From contig NC_087436.1 of the NCBI RefSeq assembly GCF_036321535.1, forward strand, positions 71,054,001 to 71,118,000: a stretch of 64,000 nucleotides of DNA. The letters run 5' to 3'. A model generated the notes under the pieces. It ran no database searches, was not told the origin of the DNA, and worked only from the letters and a program-made list of their open reading frames with translations. The DNA is from Camelus dromedarius. Its lineage: Eukaryota. Every line of letters begins with the position of its first letter. Position 1 is the first letter of the stretch. Shown in pieces: positions 12,432-25,850 of the stretch. The position numbers and the translations under genes were made by a program.

Positions 12432-14166
12432 AAAATCAATGGAGATACATTTGAATTCGGCCTTAAAGAAGGATGAGCTACACGGAATACTACACAGCTG
12501 ACTTCCTCTTGAGCTCTTTGGCTTATATTTCTTTACAGCATTGCTTTGGATTCTAAAGAAATAAAATGTCTTTGTTCTTGAGTGCCCAGGGAGACCCAGT
12601 GCCATATTTATATGTAACCTGAACCAGGATTAAATAGAGGCTGAATTTGAGTGGTTAATAACATTGTAAACATTTGAAAAAAAATGAGAAAAGAATTAAA
12701 ACAAGATGTCTCTTCACAACCATCAGACTGAAAAATTTTAGAAAGTCTATCAAAGCCAAGTATCAATGAGGATGTGGAGCAATGGACACTCTTTTAGTTT
12801 GATCACTTTGGAAAGCGATAAGATTTGGTAAAATTCAAAATGTACATGCTTGATATATGTGCCTGAAGAGACATGTATAAGTCTCATCATATAATTACAG
12901 TATTATCTGTAATAAAAAAAATAGAAACAACTTAAGTCATTAGAAAATGGGTAAATATTCACATGATGACCACTGCAGCTGGACCAAAGAGCAGCTGTCA
13001 CGCCCGGGTACATGGGGAGACTGTGGAAGGGTTTGGGTCCTGCTCTGTCATAACTTCAGGCAGTTATTTGTTCTTTCTCTGTTGCAGCTCTGTAAAACAT
13101 GGATAATAATACCTACCTCAAGAGCTAAGTGTAGAATAAGTTAATCCCTGTAAAGTATTTAGAACAATGGCTGTTGCACAGAGAGAATTCACGAAGTATT
13201 TCATTATCATGATTGTTAAATAGATGATAGTATCTACCTGCATATGGAAGAATCTTGAAAACACTATGTTGAGTTCAAAAGAAAAAAACTTGCAATTAAC
13301 TATGCACCGATAACTGAAGTCAATAGTAAACCAAATTCCTACAAATAATAATTGTGATACTAATCTCAAAATAACTTGGTGTAGATATAAAATAGTATTT
13401 AGTCACCAGGAAAAATTTTGACATACAGGTTTAATATAAATTTACATTGATTTCATTGCTAGTAAATTAAAAATGCTGAATAAAAAAACTCCATAAACAA
13501 TAACGTTTGGTTATCAGTACATATTTAACATCCATTGCCATTAGGGTACCATTCAAGTTTTCATTATAGACTAAAAGGTGCTTTTCGATTTGGTCCATGC
13601 CTATATATTATATACAGCTTTCCCTGCGCTATATTACCTCCCATGTCTAGATTTTAGCACAGTGAACGTCGGCCAGGCTCTCTGTTTCCTTTTGGTTTTG
13701 GTGAATACTGATTTCTGCAACTCTTCCTGACCTTCCCCGACCCCTCCTGCCCATCTTCTGCTTAAATAAGACCCATTCTTCAGGTCTTGACTTAATCTTT
13801 TTCCCATAGGAAACCTCTCTGGTCCAGGTTAGACAGATCTCTCTGATATATTTGCCCTAGTTGCTCAGGTTTCCCAGTCATACAACTTATCATCCTTGAA
13901 GTCACTTGATTGGTATTTATCTATTTTTCATACAGGACTATTAGCTTTATGCAGACTGGTTAGTTAGTAGTAGAACATACTGAATGAATGCATGAATTAA
14001 TGTATGAATGAATGAATAAAAATCATAGAAAAATATGCTGACATGTTGATAATTTGGGTTCTATAAAGTTTTATAAATAATAATAACTTCCTTTCTGTCC
14101 ACCTGAGTTCGGAGCTCTTTAGAGACAGATACAGAGGGCATATAGATGTCAATATATTAACTTTAT

Positions 14167-14987
14167 ACCCTCCTACACTGTTGGTTGGAATGTAAATTGG
14201 TGCAACCACCATGGAGAACGGTATGGAGGCTCCTTAAAAAACTAAAAGTAGAGCTATCATATGATCCAGCAATCCCACTCCTGGACATAATCCAGAGGGA
14301 ATTCTAATTTGAAAACATAATGCAACCCAATGTTCACAGCAGATGTATATATACTCCTGGGCATATATCCAGAAAAGATGAAAACTCTAATTCAAAAAGA
14401 TGAATCACACACTTCAATGTTCATAGCAACACTATTTACAACAGCTGAGACATGGACGCAACCTAAATGTCCATCAACAGATGAATGGATAAAGAAGAAT
14501 GAGAAGACCCAGCTATAAAAAAGAATGGAGTATTTCTATTGGCAGCAACATGGATGGACCTAGAGATTATCATACTAAGTGAAGTAAGTCAGACAGAGAA
14601 AGACAAATATGAATCACTTATGTGTGGAATCTAAAAAAAATACAAATGAACTTATTTACAAAACAGAAACAGACTTACAGACATAGAAAACAAAATTCTG
14701 GTTACCAAAGGGGGGAGAGGGGGAGGGATAAATTAGGAGGTTGGGATTAACAGATACAAACTACTGTATATAATGTAGATAAACAACAAGATCCTACTGT
14801 ATAGCAGAGGGAACTACATTCAACATCTTATAATAACCTGTAACGGAAAAGAATCTGAAAAAAGAATAGATACACACATATATATATACACACACATATA
14901 TATAATATATATCTGAATAACTTTGCTGCATGCCTGAAACTAACACAATATTGTAAATGAACTATATACTATACTTCAGTTTTTTAA
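14167..14987 (+). mobile_element. 5'-truncated L1 (ORF2 end + 3'UTR) with internal duplication
   Basis: L1 C-terminal ORF (MFIATLFTTAETWTQPKCPSTDEWIKK). Candidate TSD attaactttat (14156-14166) / attagctttat (14988-14998). Confidence 0.85.
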
Positions 14988-17889
14988 ATTAGCTTTATTA
15001 CTGATGAAACTGTTTGAGAATGTGATTGAGGCTGTGGGCAAGGGGATTTGCTATAAGTTATTCCTAAATCAGAGTTTCCCACATAATTACACGGAAACAA
15101 CTCAGTTCACGAAATTTTTATGAACACAGAGTATATGATCCCTATAGGCAGCAATTTCCAAAAGAGAGGTATAAAAAGGCCAGAGATTCTTAAGTTCAGT
15201 TTTTTCTTCCAAACTCCCTGATTCTTATCAGAGGAGTAAGTGAAAACTCAGAAGTTCCGTCTGAGAAAGTCTCTCTCCCTGTGAAAACGTCAGAAGAAAG
15301 GGATGCTCTCTCTAGGTGGTAGTCATGTGGGGTTTTCATTTTTTGTTTATATTTTCTGTATTTTCTAATAATCATGCACTCTTTTTAATTGGAAAAAATG
15401 ATTCTTAAGACATAAGTTGCAACAGCAATTTTTCTTTGCTACTAGTTTTCTCACAAGTGTTAGCGGAGCCAATCTACAATATATCTATATCCATGCAAAA
15501 GTGACCTCATGTGGGGGAGTGAAAGAAGTACCTCAAGGGGAAAATGAACAAATTTCTGGGGAAGATCTAAAAGAAAAACATCCATATTAATGATGTACAG
15601 CTTCACGGGGACAGCCTCTTGTGTGAGAAAATGATGTTTTAAATGAAGTGATTGATGCCAAGAGATGTGGGTACTGAGACTTTACAGTACTTTGGTAAAG
15701 TAGCCAGAATTTTTTCCATCACCTTCTTTTCCAATATTTTCCCACTATTTTCCACTAGCAGTCAGTAATAATGATTTTTATTGGCGCTAATGTGAAGTTT
15801 TAGAGCCAGAATGGACATTAGACATAATCTTGACCTTTAATTTTATAGATTACCAAACTAAAATGTACAAATATGATGTCATGGAACTTAGGGACAGACA
15901 GCCAAGGTGAGGAGTCAAATTTCTTATCCTCCGATTTGATGTCTTTTCTGCTTTAGAACATTGCCACCCACCACAGTTCACAACTTTTGAAGACCTTGTG
16001 GAGAAGAAATGCAGGGAAGTCCACAGCAGTACATTTCCCAGCAAGGACAAAGGAGAGCGTTTTCATTCCCCTGAGAACTTTGTCAGTAAATTGTTACGGG
16101 TAGTATCTCTAGACCTGTTCTCCGTGCAGCATGTTATTAAACTGAAACTACTTATCCCTTATGTTCAAATATCTTTAAAATTCTCCTTTTAATTTTGTGT
16201 TTGATGGTTTTAGTGCTCTACTGCACAGTATAATTGGGTTGCTTTCTACGTCAGTGAGTAACAAGGATAGATAACACTTCACAAATAAAACTGAAGTTAA
16301 GAGCCTATCCTCTTAAAATTGCTATTCGGAAACAGGAGCCAATGTACATTTATTTAATAGAACCTGACAGCAGTCAGTTTCAAGGCTGGATTGTTTCTTT
16401 AGCTATCCTTTTGCTAGACCTAGAGAGGAATTTTCAACTTTGTGTCCTCATGTGTGTTCCGATGCATTTAGTATGAACAGAATTGTAGTTCAGCTTGCCC
16501 AGGTATGTAGTGCAAAATGATTTTTGAGCGTGGTTATTTTGGTAAATACTGGTAAAAGGGCCTAGGAAATTATCTTTAGCTAAAGCTGTAGAAAACAGAC
16601 TGCCATCGGTCTGCAGAATATGTTGTTTGGTGTCTATGTCAAACAACTGGGAAATGTTTGATGGGAGAATTTTTAAAATCTGCCACAATTCTAGCTTTGA
16701 ACATGATAGGGTTTGATAACTAAGAGATTCACCTTACAAAGCTGTGATGCAAAAGCTGGGTTCTCTTGGGTATTACAAGTCCATGTTTATATCAGCAATT
16801 CCAAATATCAATTATTAGATATTGCAGATTTTACATTAGGCAGAGACAGAATGCTAGCCTTTCAGTCAAGAAGATACAAGTTCAATTTAGAATAATGCTA
16901 CAGTTGCACATTACATAGTAGGCTTTATTTATCTAAAGAGAATACTAAAAAGTTGGGGGGAAAGTCTTCCACATTTTTGGTTCATTTTCAATGTGAATAA
17001 TTATTTTATAGACTTATAATTAAAACTGTTCTTACATTAGCATCTCCTTAGCTGGAAAACCAATACTATAGTGACTTTTCTTTGACCATCTATGCAAGAC
17101 CCTTACTTATGCATAGAAGAGAAAATCGTTAATAGTAATGTAAGAAAAAGGAAAATTTCATATGGTAAAGGCTGACCAAATGTGAATGCAGCAATTACAG
17201 AAGAAACAGTCTGATACTATTAGATTAGTGATAAATCTCATGGGCATAAGTCAAGTTATAAGAGATGGAATTTGACAGAGCAGTGTTTCCAATTAAAATG
17301 CATTATTCACTTGTGCTGGAGTAATCTAAGATACAAAAATAAGTTTTTTTTCTTCCCACAACTATGTCAGCTAGTGTGTTATTTTTGCACATCATGAAGT
17401 TTAGCCCTAAGTTGAAGCACATTCCTCCCTGTAAGAAGGCTGGTTTATGTTTAAAACAGTATCTAGGTTATACCCAGGGTAGTCAAGTTAAGGGTTCTAT
17501 GTGTAAGTCTGAATCTCCAAACTGTACAGACCAACAAGAACAAATAATGTCACACAGTATTCCATTGCCTTTAACCAGAAGACAGAAACAGCCACAAACC
17601 ACCTTATCTGTAAGCAGAAAAACAACCAAAAAAAGACACTGATTTCCAGCAGGGATGTTTCTCAAGGTCTCCCTCCCCTCAAGCCTTTGTGGAGAGCAAA
17701 GTGGATCTGGGGGAGGGGGGGGAAAGCAGCATGGAAAAAAGAACTGGAGAGCAGGGAGCCGAAGACTATACTAAAATTGTCCCTAGGAAGAGAAAGTTTG
17801 CCCTCGGAGCAAAAATAATGACACCAGTACTAGTATATTTACAAGAAAAGTATTCATTAACATCTATCAGTAAAGTTTTGTAGTTTAAA

Positions 17890-19170
17890 AAGGTATGTAT
17901 TTTACGTATCTTTTCTTAAATTTATTCCTATATATTTTATTTGAGCCACTAAAAATCAAGCAGGTTTTAAAATTTTTCTTTCCAGTTGTTCATTGCCAGT
18001 ATATAGAAATGCAGTTGACCTTTGTAATTTGACCTTTTATTCTAAGACTTGCCAAATTGTTATTTATGGTAGCCTTTCATAGATACGGGATTTTCTATGT
18101 ACACAATCATGCTTTATGTGAACAAAGACACTTTTAGTCCTGATCTGTATGTCTTCTGTCTAATGGCTTACCTCTAGTACATCATTAAAGCAGTGTAAGC
18201 AGATGTCTTTGCCTCCTCCTTATCTAAGGGTACAGTTTTCAGTCATTTTACCATTAACTATGATAGCAGTTGTATGCTTTGCCTAGATGTCCATTATTGT
18301 GTAGAGGAAATTCTCTTTATTCCTAGTTTTAAAACTCTTAAGTAGCAGTGAACACCATATTCACATACTGAATCCACACTCATGGGTTGGAAAATTCTAT
18401 TATTAAGATTTTAATTCTCTACAAATTGATCCATAGATTCAATGCAATTCCAACAAGTCTCAGCATATTTTTGAAGAAAATGGCAAGCTGTTAATGTGGA
18501 AAAGCAAAGCGCCTAGAAGAGACAAACTTTTTTTTTTTAACGAACAAGTTTGGTTTCAAGATTTATTGTAAAACTACAAGACAGTGTTACTGGTGTAAGC
18601 ATACCCATATGGATCAACAGAACACAATAGTATAGAAATAGACCCATGCTTATTTGCCTCAACTAATTTTAGGCAAAGTATCCAAGATAGTTCAATCAGG
18701 AAAGGATAATCACTTGAATAAATTATACTGGAACAATGGGATATCTCAATGAAAAAAGCTAACATAGACCCTTACCTCCCACCATATGCCAAAAGTAGAC
18801 CAAAACTGAGCACAGGGCTAAACATACGAGCCAAAATGATAAATTTTCCATAAAAAAAAAATAAGAAAATATCTTTTAAATCTTGTATAGGTAAAAATTT
18901 CTTAAATACGGCACATGAAGCACAAACTATAAAAGCAATAAAATTCACTTTATCAAAATCAAAGAAAAATAGTTTTGCTCTTTAAAAGACACAATTAGAA
19001 AAACAAGAAGACAAGCCACAAGCCATGAGAAAAAATGTTTGCAAAACATATTTTACAAAGAGCTTGTACCCAGAATATATAAATAATTTTCATAACTCAA
19101 GAAGTTACTTGTATTATTGTTATAACTTTTCTATAGGTCTGAAATTATTTAAAAATAAAAAGTGAAAAAA
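17890..19170. mobile_element. Old L1M fragments (antisense ~17890-18330, sense ~18370-19170)
   Basis: L1 ORF2-like phrases, e.g. tagattcaatgcaattcc and gacaagccaca...tgtttgcaaaacat. Confidence 0.65.
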
Positions 19171-22100
19171 TTAAAACCCTTGAAAATATATCTATGTACT
19201 TTAGAGGAGCCTGGTCCCAGAATGTCAATCTGGCTGGAACACTGATATGATATATGCCCTGTTTTATATAAGCTGGCTTTTGGCAACAGATCTAGCAACT
19301 TGACTGGTTTTCCAAAGTATCAGTGATTAGACAGAATAACCACTGCACTTCTTTGTCAACCTGTGAATAGGCTTAGGAAAAATAAAATTTCTCACTTGTT
19401 CATGATTTAATTTGAATTATTTCACTGAGTTTTCTATTTATAGAGTTTTATCTGTTTCGATAATGACGAACTCTGCTATGGAATTAAACCAAATTAATTT
19501 AGTGTTCAAGGACCAGTTCATTAGAACATGCCAACTGTTTTCCTGCAACATGGGTCAGAGTGCTGTCATCACATCCTGGGGTCCCAATAATAGTCTGCGT
19601 CTTTATCTGCACATGGGGGTTTTCTTGTGTCATCTTAATTGCTGTTAGAGATAATTGTGCTCTGATCCCGTGGTGCTCGTGTTACGCCCACTTAATGATG
19701 AGAAGAGATGACGGCTTGGTTGCTGCCTGGTGAAAACCTTTGCTACAGTGGGATGTATGTTTCTGTGTTTCTTATCTTGTTTTACGGCCGCGAGACACCT
19801 GGATCCTGGTGTTGCCTGACTAAGGTTTTTCATAAGTATGCTTTGGTGAGAATGCCATTGTCAGATTAAATTAGGGAAAATGTTGACTGGAACTTTTGGG
19901 AAAGGAAAGCTGCACTTGTATATGATAAAACTTGGAGAGCTAATAAGGCCTTGGCAATATGTGATATTATTACTGGTGTCCTGTACCTCAAGGCGCTAAG
20001 GTCCTGACACAGAGACCGGTTGCCTTAAAAGCTCAACATTTGTTTTCCTAGTTGTCGTAGCCCTCACACATTTTAGAACAATCGGTTAAGTTTTCAAATC
20101 AGTTTTTAAAATGTGCTGTCACAAAGCTAATCCATTTGTTTAATTTTTAAAATTCTATTTCTTCTTCCCACTGCTAGTACATTTCGCAGCTAATGATAAA
20201 GTGGTTGTTGCACAATAAAATTTACTGATTTATTTTCTTCTTAACCAGTGAAAGACTTCCCTTTGTCACTGACAATGTACAAAGGTCAACCTAATGTGGG
20301 AATGAAGGCTATCATTAATTTTTTTTAAACTGTAATAAAATCGATTCCACTATAAAGATAATCCTCCATCCTTTCATATAACAAATGTATAACTACAAAG
20401 CAATAATTATACCCACTTACTGAAAGTAGAACAAAATGCATTTTTAGGCTTAAGAAAGGAACCAAGGGATTAGTGACATAGCCACAACTGATGAAAAGTT
20501 TTGCCTATGTTATGAGTTTAACACAAAGCAAAATAATAGCCATAATATTTTTTGGTAAAATTAGAATAAGGCAATATTTCTTAGTCTGAATTATCTTCTC
20601 TCCTTTGCTCATATGAGATACAAAAATAAGATGGGAACAAATATTTAGAGGCTATCAGATGCTTCCACAGGTTATCAGCTATAAAAAACAATGTCCTCCA
20701 CTCCTTTTTCCTGGGGTTGGATCTTGCAAACTGGGCATATTCTAAAAGACTAATTCCTTTTTTAATTAATAAGATGCACTCAGTCAAAGGGAAGAAACAA
20801 AATGTGAAAGGTTGCTACCTAAACGTCAAAAAAATCTAGTGTAATTTTTTTTCACACTACATTAGTATTTTTATTTTTAGTCTCAATATCTGGAATGGAG
20901 TATACTGATGGCAATGGCTCCAAATATCTAGAATTATGTATACTGTATATGGGTTCCTTTCACTCTAAGCAAACAATATCCTAATACAAAAAAGAAAAAA
21001 AAGTTTACTTTTTCTCAAAAAGAATGCTACCAAACAGCAAAGCATAAAAGACCTATTAGATCAACTATTATCTTAGATGGAATTTACAATTACTAGACAA
21101 CAGCAATGCAAAGGACACAGCAGACTAATATAAAACTCTGAATTTTTCATTTTCATGGTCACTAGTTGATGGTCATGATAAATGGCTTTAGTTTTTAACT
21201 TAGTTTTAATGTAAACACATAGAAATAGTGACTATTTAAACATGATATTAGCTCAACTTTTGTAGGTCACTGCAGGATATGGGAAAGTTATGTCAAATTA
21301 ATATCAAAGAACAACAGAGACTTTAAAATATGACTCAAAAATTTAATAGAAATAATTCTGCAGGTCAATATTTTTAAGATTCCACAAGCACCAATTTTGA
21401 AATATACTAGAACATTAACAATGTTAACACCTAGAAATTTTGTATTTTTTAATGCAAAAGCAATTTTATAAGGTAGAACTCTATAAATTATCTCTGCAAA
21501 TATCCAAACTTTTATATGAATTAAAATATGCCATGCTCCACATTTATCTTTCTGTAGCAACTGAATGATTAACATGGAAGAGGGGTATGACTGATTTTGA
21601 GGGAGGTTACCTAGTAGAAAATCGTATATTGAAGAAGCAGCATAGCCTGTGGGTCTTGTATCAGTAAGGTTTCAGTTAGAAAAGCAGAGATAATTCTATT
21701 TTAAGCAAGAAAAAATTAAATACAAATTGTTAGGTGCTTGCAAAATTGTTGGAAGAACTGGAGGAATGAGTCAAGGAAAGCTACTGCTAGATCTCAGGTT
21801 CACCTTAGACTTTCAGAGAACCCTGACACAAGAAACTGCCAGTAGTGATCACAGCTCCCTGTCACAGGGGGTGCATAACTTGCAAGGATGCCCTGAGTCT
21901 TCCAAAGTCCATGCTACTTCTTTTTGCTGCCAGAGAAGTAATAGTATCACTTCTACTTTCCAAACATCATTTGACTAGCTCTTGTTGTCAGCGTCTAACA
22001 TGGAACTCTGCTGGCCGGGTTAGATACAAAGAAACACACTGAAGGATGTGGGCATGCTGATGAGTTAGGAACAACCATATAAGATAGTCAATTGCTTTGG

Positions 22101-24120
22101 CTACTCAGCATTCTTACATGTCTCTCCATGCTTATTTAACTTCTGCGTTACAAGATTAACATCAGTCGTCCATCTAAATTGGTGAGAATACCTCTCATGG
22201 AAATGAAGATGTGCTTACCTTCTCCAGAAATAGAGGAAACCTGTTAATCACTGTATCCATTACTGTATGTTGCTCATTCCCCTTTGAATTGTCACAATTT
22301 CTCTTTGATACCTAGTAATAGGAAGATTAATTCTAAACTTAACCACTAGCAGTACATCTTACATAATATATTGGTGGAAGAGGGAGAAGGTAAAAAGGAA
22401 ATAGTATATGTATAGACACATACATACTTGTATTATCTAAAAAAGCAAGAAGCACTCATAGTTCATATACTTTTCATTCATGCACCTGGTCATTAGACCA
22501 GAACTGGTATTTATAACTTCGTTCACTACTTACTCATTGCTCATTTGATCTCTATAGGGATATTGACTGGTTGTGTTCCTCACCATGTTGACTAACCCAA
22601 ACCTTCATTCTTGGTGTCCTACCTGTATTGGGTTGCCGTAGGTTCCGTTCAGTTTTACCACTGAACATGGTAGTAAGGAAATCCTCTAGATGTATCTTCA
22701 TTATATATAATAAAAACCTGATTCCCTCTTGATAATCTGATAAATTACTTCAACTGGGACAGTAATCTACTTCTTTGCCTCTGGTTCAATGACACTGTGA
22801 TCCCTGCTAAGTGGGATCTCAACCACCTGTTCATTGGAGCCATTTTTTTTTTGTCCCCTGATACCGGCGCTCTTCTTTAAGAACCCAAAATTTAAACCTA
22901 AAGAGCTTAAAGATGGAAGGCTGGAATGGAAAATTTTGCAATTGGATTATTAGGAGTACTAGGGAAAAGAGCCACAGCCACTGTTGCCCTCTGGTGGAAG
23001 GGCCTGTGTATTCCACTGCAGGAAAAAGACAGCATCTAATGGTCATGCTTCAGAGAAGACAGAAACATTTGTAAGACTGGCCTCCTTCTGGAAGTGGTGG
23101 TTTCTCAAGGAGACAGTCTACTGTTTTATAAAGCCTATTGTTTCTGAATAATAGATTCCATAGGAAGACCATTGAATCCACTAGGTACCATATGATTGCT
23201 TTCCTTCTTTTCCCATGAAATATTTCTGGAGAAGTATAATGGGTAATATACCATGAAAATGAATAATACATTCAGTAAGTATTTAGTTAGTAGTGCTGAC
23301 AAAAGTGTTGCAAGGAGAAAAGCTAAATCCATAGTAAGAGTCTATTTTTTTAAGAAAGGAATCTTACTGCAATGGTGTTAGATCAGTGTCAAAGGAGGGA
23401 AACTTATGTTATTGAACCCAGACATAATATTTATGGATACTTTGTTGATAAACCAATTAACTAATCACAGGGTAGCTTGGGAAAGAGGCTAAGTGACTAC
23501 CTGGAATAGGCCATATTACATACCTGAGTACTGAGGGCCTCCATTTGGTGGGCATTTGTATGAGACATAACCTTACAACCCATGCTCACTTAAATCACTT
23601 GTTCTGTATACTTCTTCCCCAGACCCTACACAGCCCTCCAATATTGGTCTATTAGCCATTGGTAATTAATCATTATATACCCATATCTTTGGTAATCTCT
23701 CACAATAAACTACACAACCAGATGTACTCATCAAATTGCTGTCTGCCAGAAAGATTTCCTTCTCCTGATGCCCCTCTGAGCCACTCCTGTCTTCTTTTGG
23801 TTGGTGTCATTACATCCCATTGAACCACTCAGCATGTCATGAGGAATTCTTCAAGAGGCCTTAGGTGTGGATAGAGGGAGAGGCGATGATATAGCAACAA
23901 TAGATGTAATAGGAGTATGAGCTTATTTGGAAACTCACCCATAATTTCAGGGTCTACTTAAGTCTGGTCATATATAACCAATTCCACTATAAAGTTTGGT
24001 GGATTGGAACACCCAAAGCACAAAAGACAAATGATCATTTATTTTACCATTGTCAGTAATTCTGTCTCAACCTAAGCAGAGTAGCAAGCTAGAAACTGTT
24101 TTTGAAAAGGCAGTTTGCCA

Positions 24121-24513
24121 GAAACAGACTTGCAAGCATAGTAAACAATCTTATGGTTACTGGGGGAAAGAGGGTGGGAAGGGATAAATTGCAAATATTA
24201 ACCACTATAATGTAAAAATACATTAAAAAATTTCTTCTGTATAGCACAAGGAACTACATTCAATATCTTTAATAACCTTTAATGAAAAAATGAGCATGAA
24301 AATGAATATATGTATATATATGCATGACTGGGACATTATGCTGTACACCAGAAATTGACACATTGTAACTGACTATACTGCAACTTAAAAAAAAAATAGA
24401 AGAATGGGTCCAGTATCAGAGTAGAAATAACAGAGAAATCTATACCATGTTACCAGAAGTCATATGCGGTTAACCACATCTGATCAATAAAATACTTAAT
24501 TAAAAAAAGAATA
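24121..24513 (+). mobile_element. 5'-truncated L1 3'UTR with an extra ~105-nt polyadenylated segment, inserted in the ERVL
   Basis: L1 3'UTR 24121-24386, A-tract 24387-24396, extra sequence with AATAAA at 24486, second A-rich tract. Flanking repeats gaaaaggcagtttgcca / aaagaggaagtttgcca. Confidence 0.8.
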
Positions 24514-25394
24514 AAAGAGGAAGTTTGCCATTTTCTTAAAAGAAAATGGATTTTCTGTAAAACCCTTAGGATTGGCTTTGTTTTTCTTCCCTTGGAGTTG
24601 GCAGAATTTCCCTTCATTATCCCCATCTATCACAGATCTTTTAGGCACAATTGGATCTCTATAACCTTAAGACCCATGACCCAGCATGAATCTGCTGCCA
24701 AAAAAAAAAAAAAACAATTTAGCACTATTAGGGGTTATTTAGCAAATATGTCAATTACCTATTAGTAAGTATTGTTTATAGAAGCCAGATGAGACCATCA
24801 AGTACTGTGTTTCTAAGTTTTTGAAGGGTACAAGATACAGCAACTGCCCTTCCCTTTGGAGTGAATAACCATTCATGCCTTGGACCATTATTCCCCTAGA
24901 AACTTCATTAAGTTGGCAGGTTCCTGAATTTTCATGGGGATTATCTCCTACCCTCTGATACTCATGTGTCTCATCAAGTCATCAACTGTATTAGCTAATT
25001 TCTGCTCACCAGGTTGGATTAATATGATACTGTTTTAGTAGAACAGTAATAGGAATGTGATCAAGGTCCCTGTGAGCTAGATTATGAAACAGAGCTGAAG
25101 AACTTACATAGTTTGACAGGGCCCTGTGGTAGCGGAATGAAGATATGCTACTGTCTCTGCACAGAGAAAGCAAACCGGCTCTTGTAGACTTTGTTCACGT
25201 GCAAAAAGATATTTTTTAGACAGAGACCTACATGCCAGGTTTCTGAGGCTTTGCTGATTTATTCTTGTAAAAGTACTTCTGGAATAGCAGTCAATGGAAT
25301 TAATACCTGATTTTGATTTACAATAAGACCCCACCATTCTCAAAGACCTGTCTTCCTCCCCACTCTGCTTGAGTTTGGACGCATGTAAACACCC

Positions 25395-25850
25395 ATGATA
25401 GCAGCACAGTCAAGGTAATAGACATATCCAGCACTTCCCAGAGTTTCCTCGTGTCCCTTTGCTTTTGTTTTATTTTGTTTTCTGGTAATAACACATGAGC
25501 TCTACCCTCTTAAATTCTGCAGTGCACAATACCATAATGTTAACTCCCGGCACTAGGTTGCAGAGCCGATCTCTAGAACGTCTTCATCTAGCACAACTGA
25601 AACTTTATAAACGTTAAATAGCAACTCCCTGTTTCCCCACTTCCTGGCCCCTGGCAACCAAGACTGCATTCTCTGCTTCTAAGAGCTTGACTATTTTAGA
25701 CACTTCATAGATGTGAATCATGCCGTCTTTTTCTTTCTATGACTGGCTTATTTCACTTCACCTAATATACTCTAGGTCCATGCATGTTGTCACAAATGAT
25801 AGGATTTCCTTCTTTGTAAAGGCTAAATAATATTCCATCATGTGCATGTG
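25395..25850 (-). mobile_element. L1MA-like 3' fragment, antisense
   Basis: Sequence gactggcttatttcac...tccatgcatgttgtcacaaatgataggatttcc. The minus-strand ORF ends EYYLAFTKKEILSFVTTCMDLE. Confidence 0.75.

Noticed and set aside
19691..19824. Box C/D snoRNA candidate (ATGATGA 19695, CTGA 19816, CTTA/TAAG stem)
   Set aside because: Only a 4-bp stem, no clear C'/D' boxes and no recognisable guide. Such motifs are expected by chance in 64 kb.
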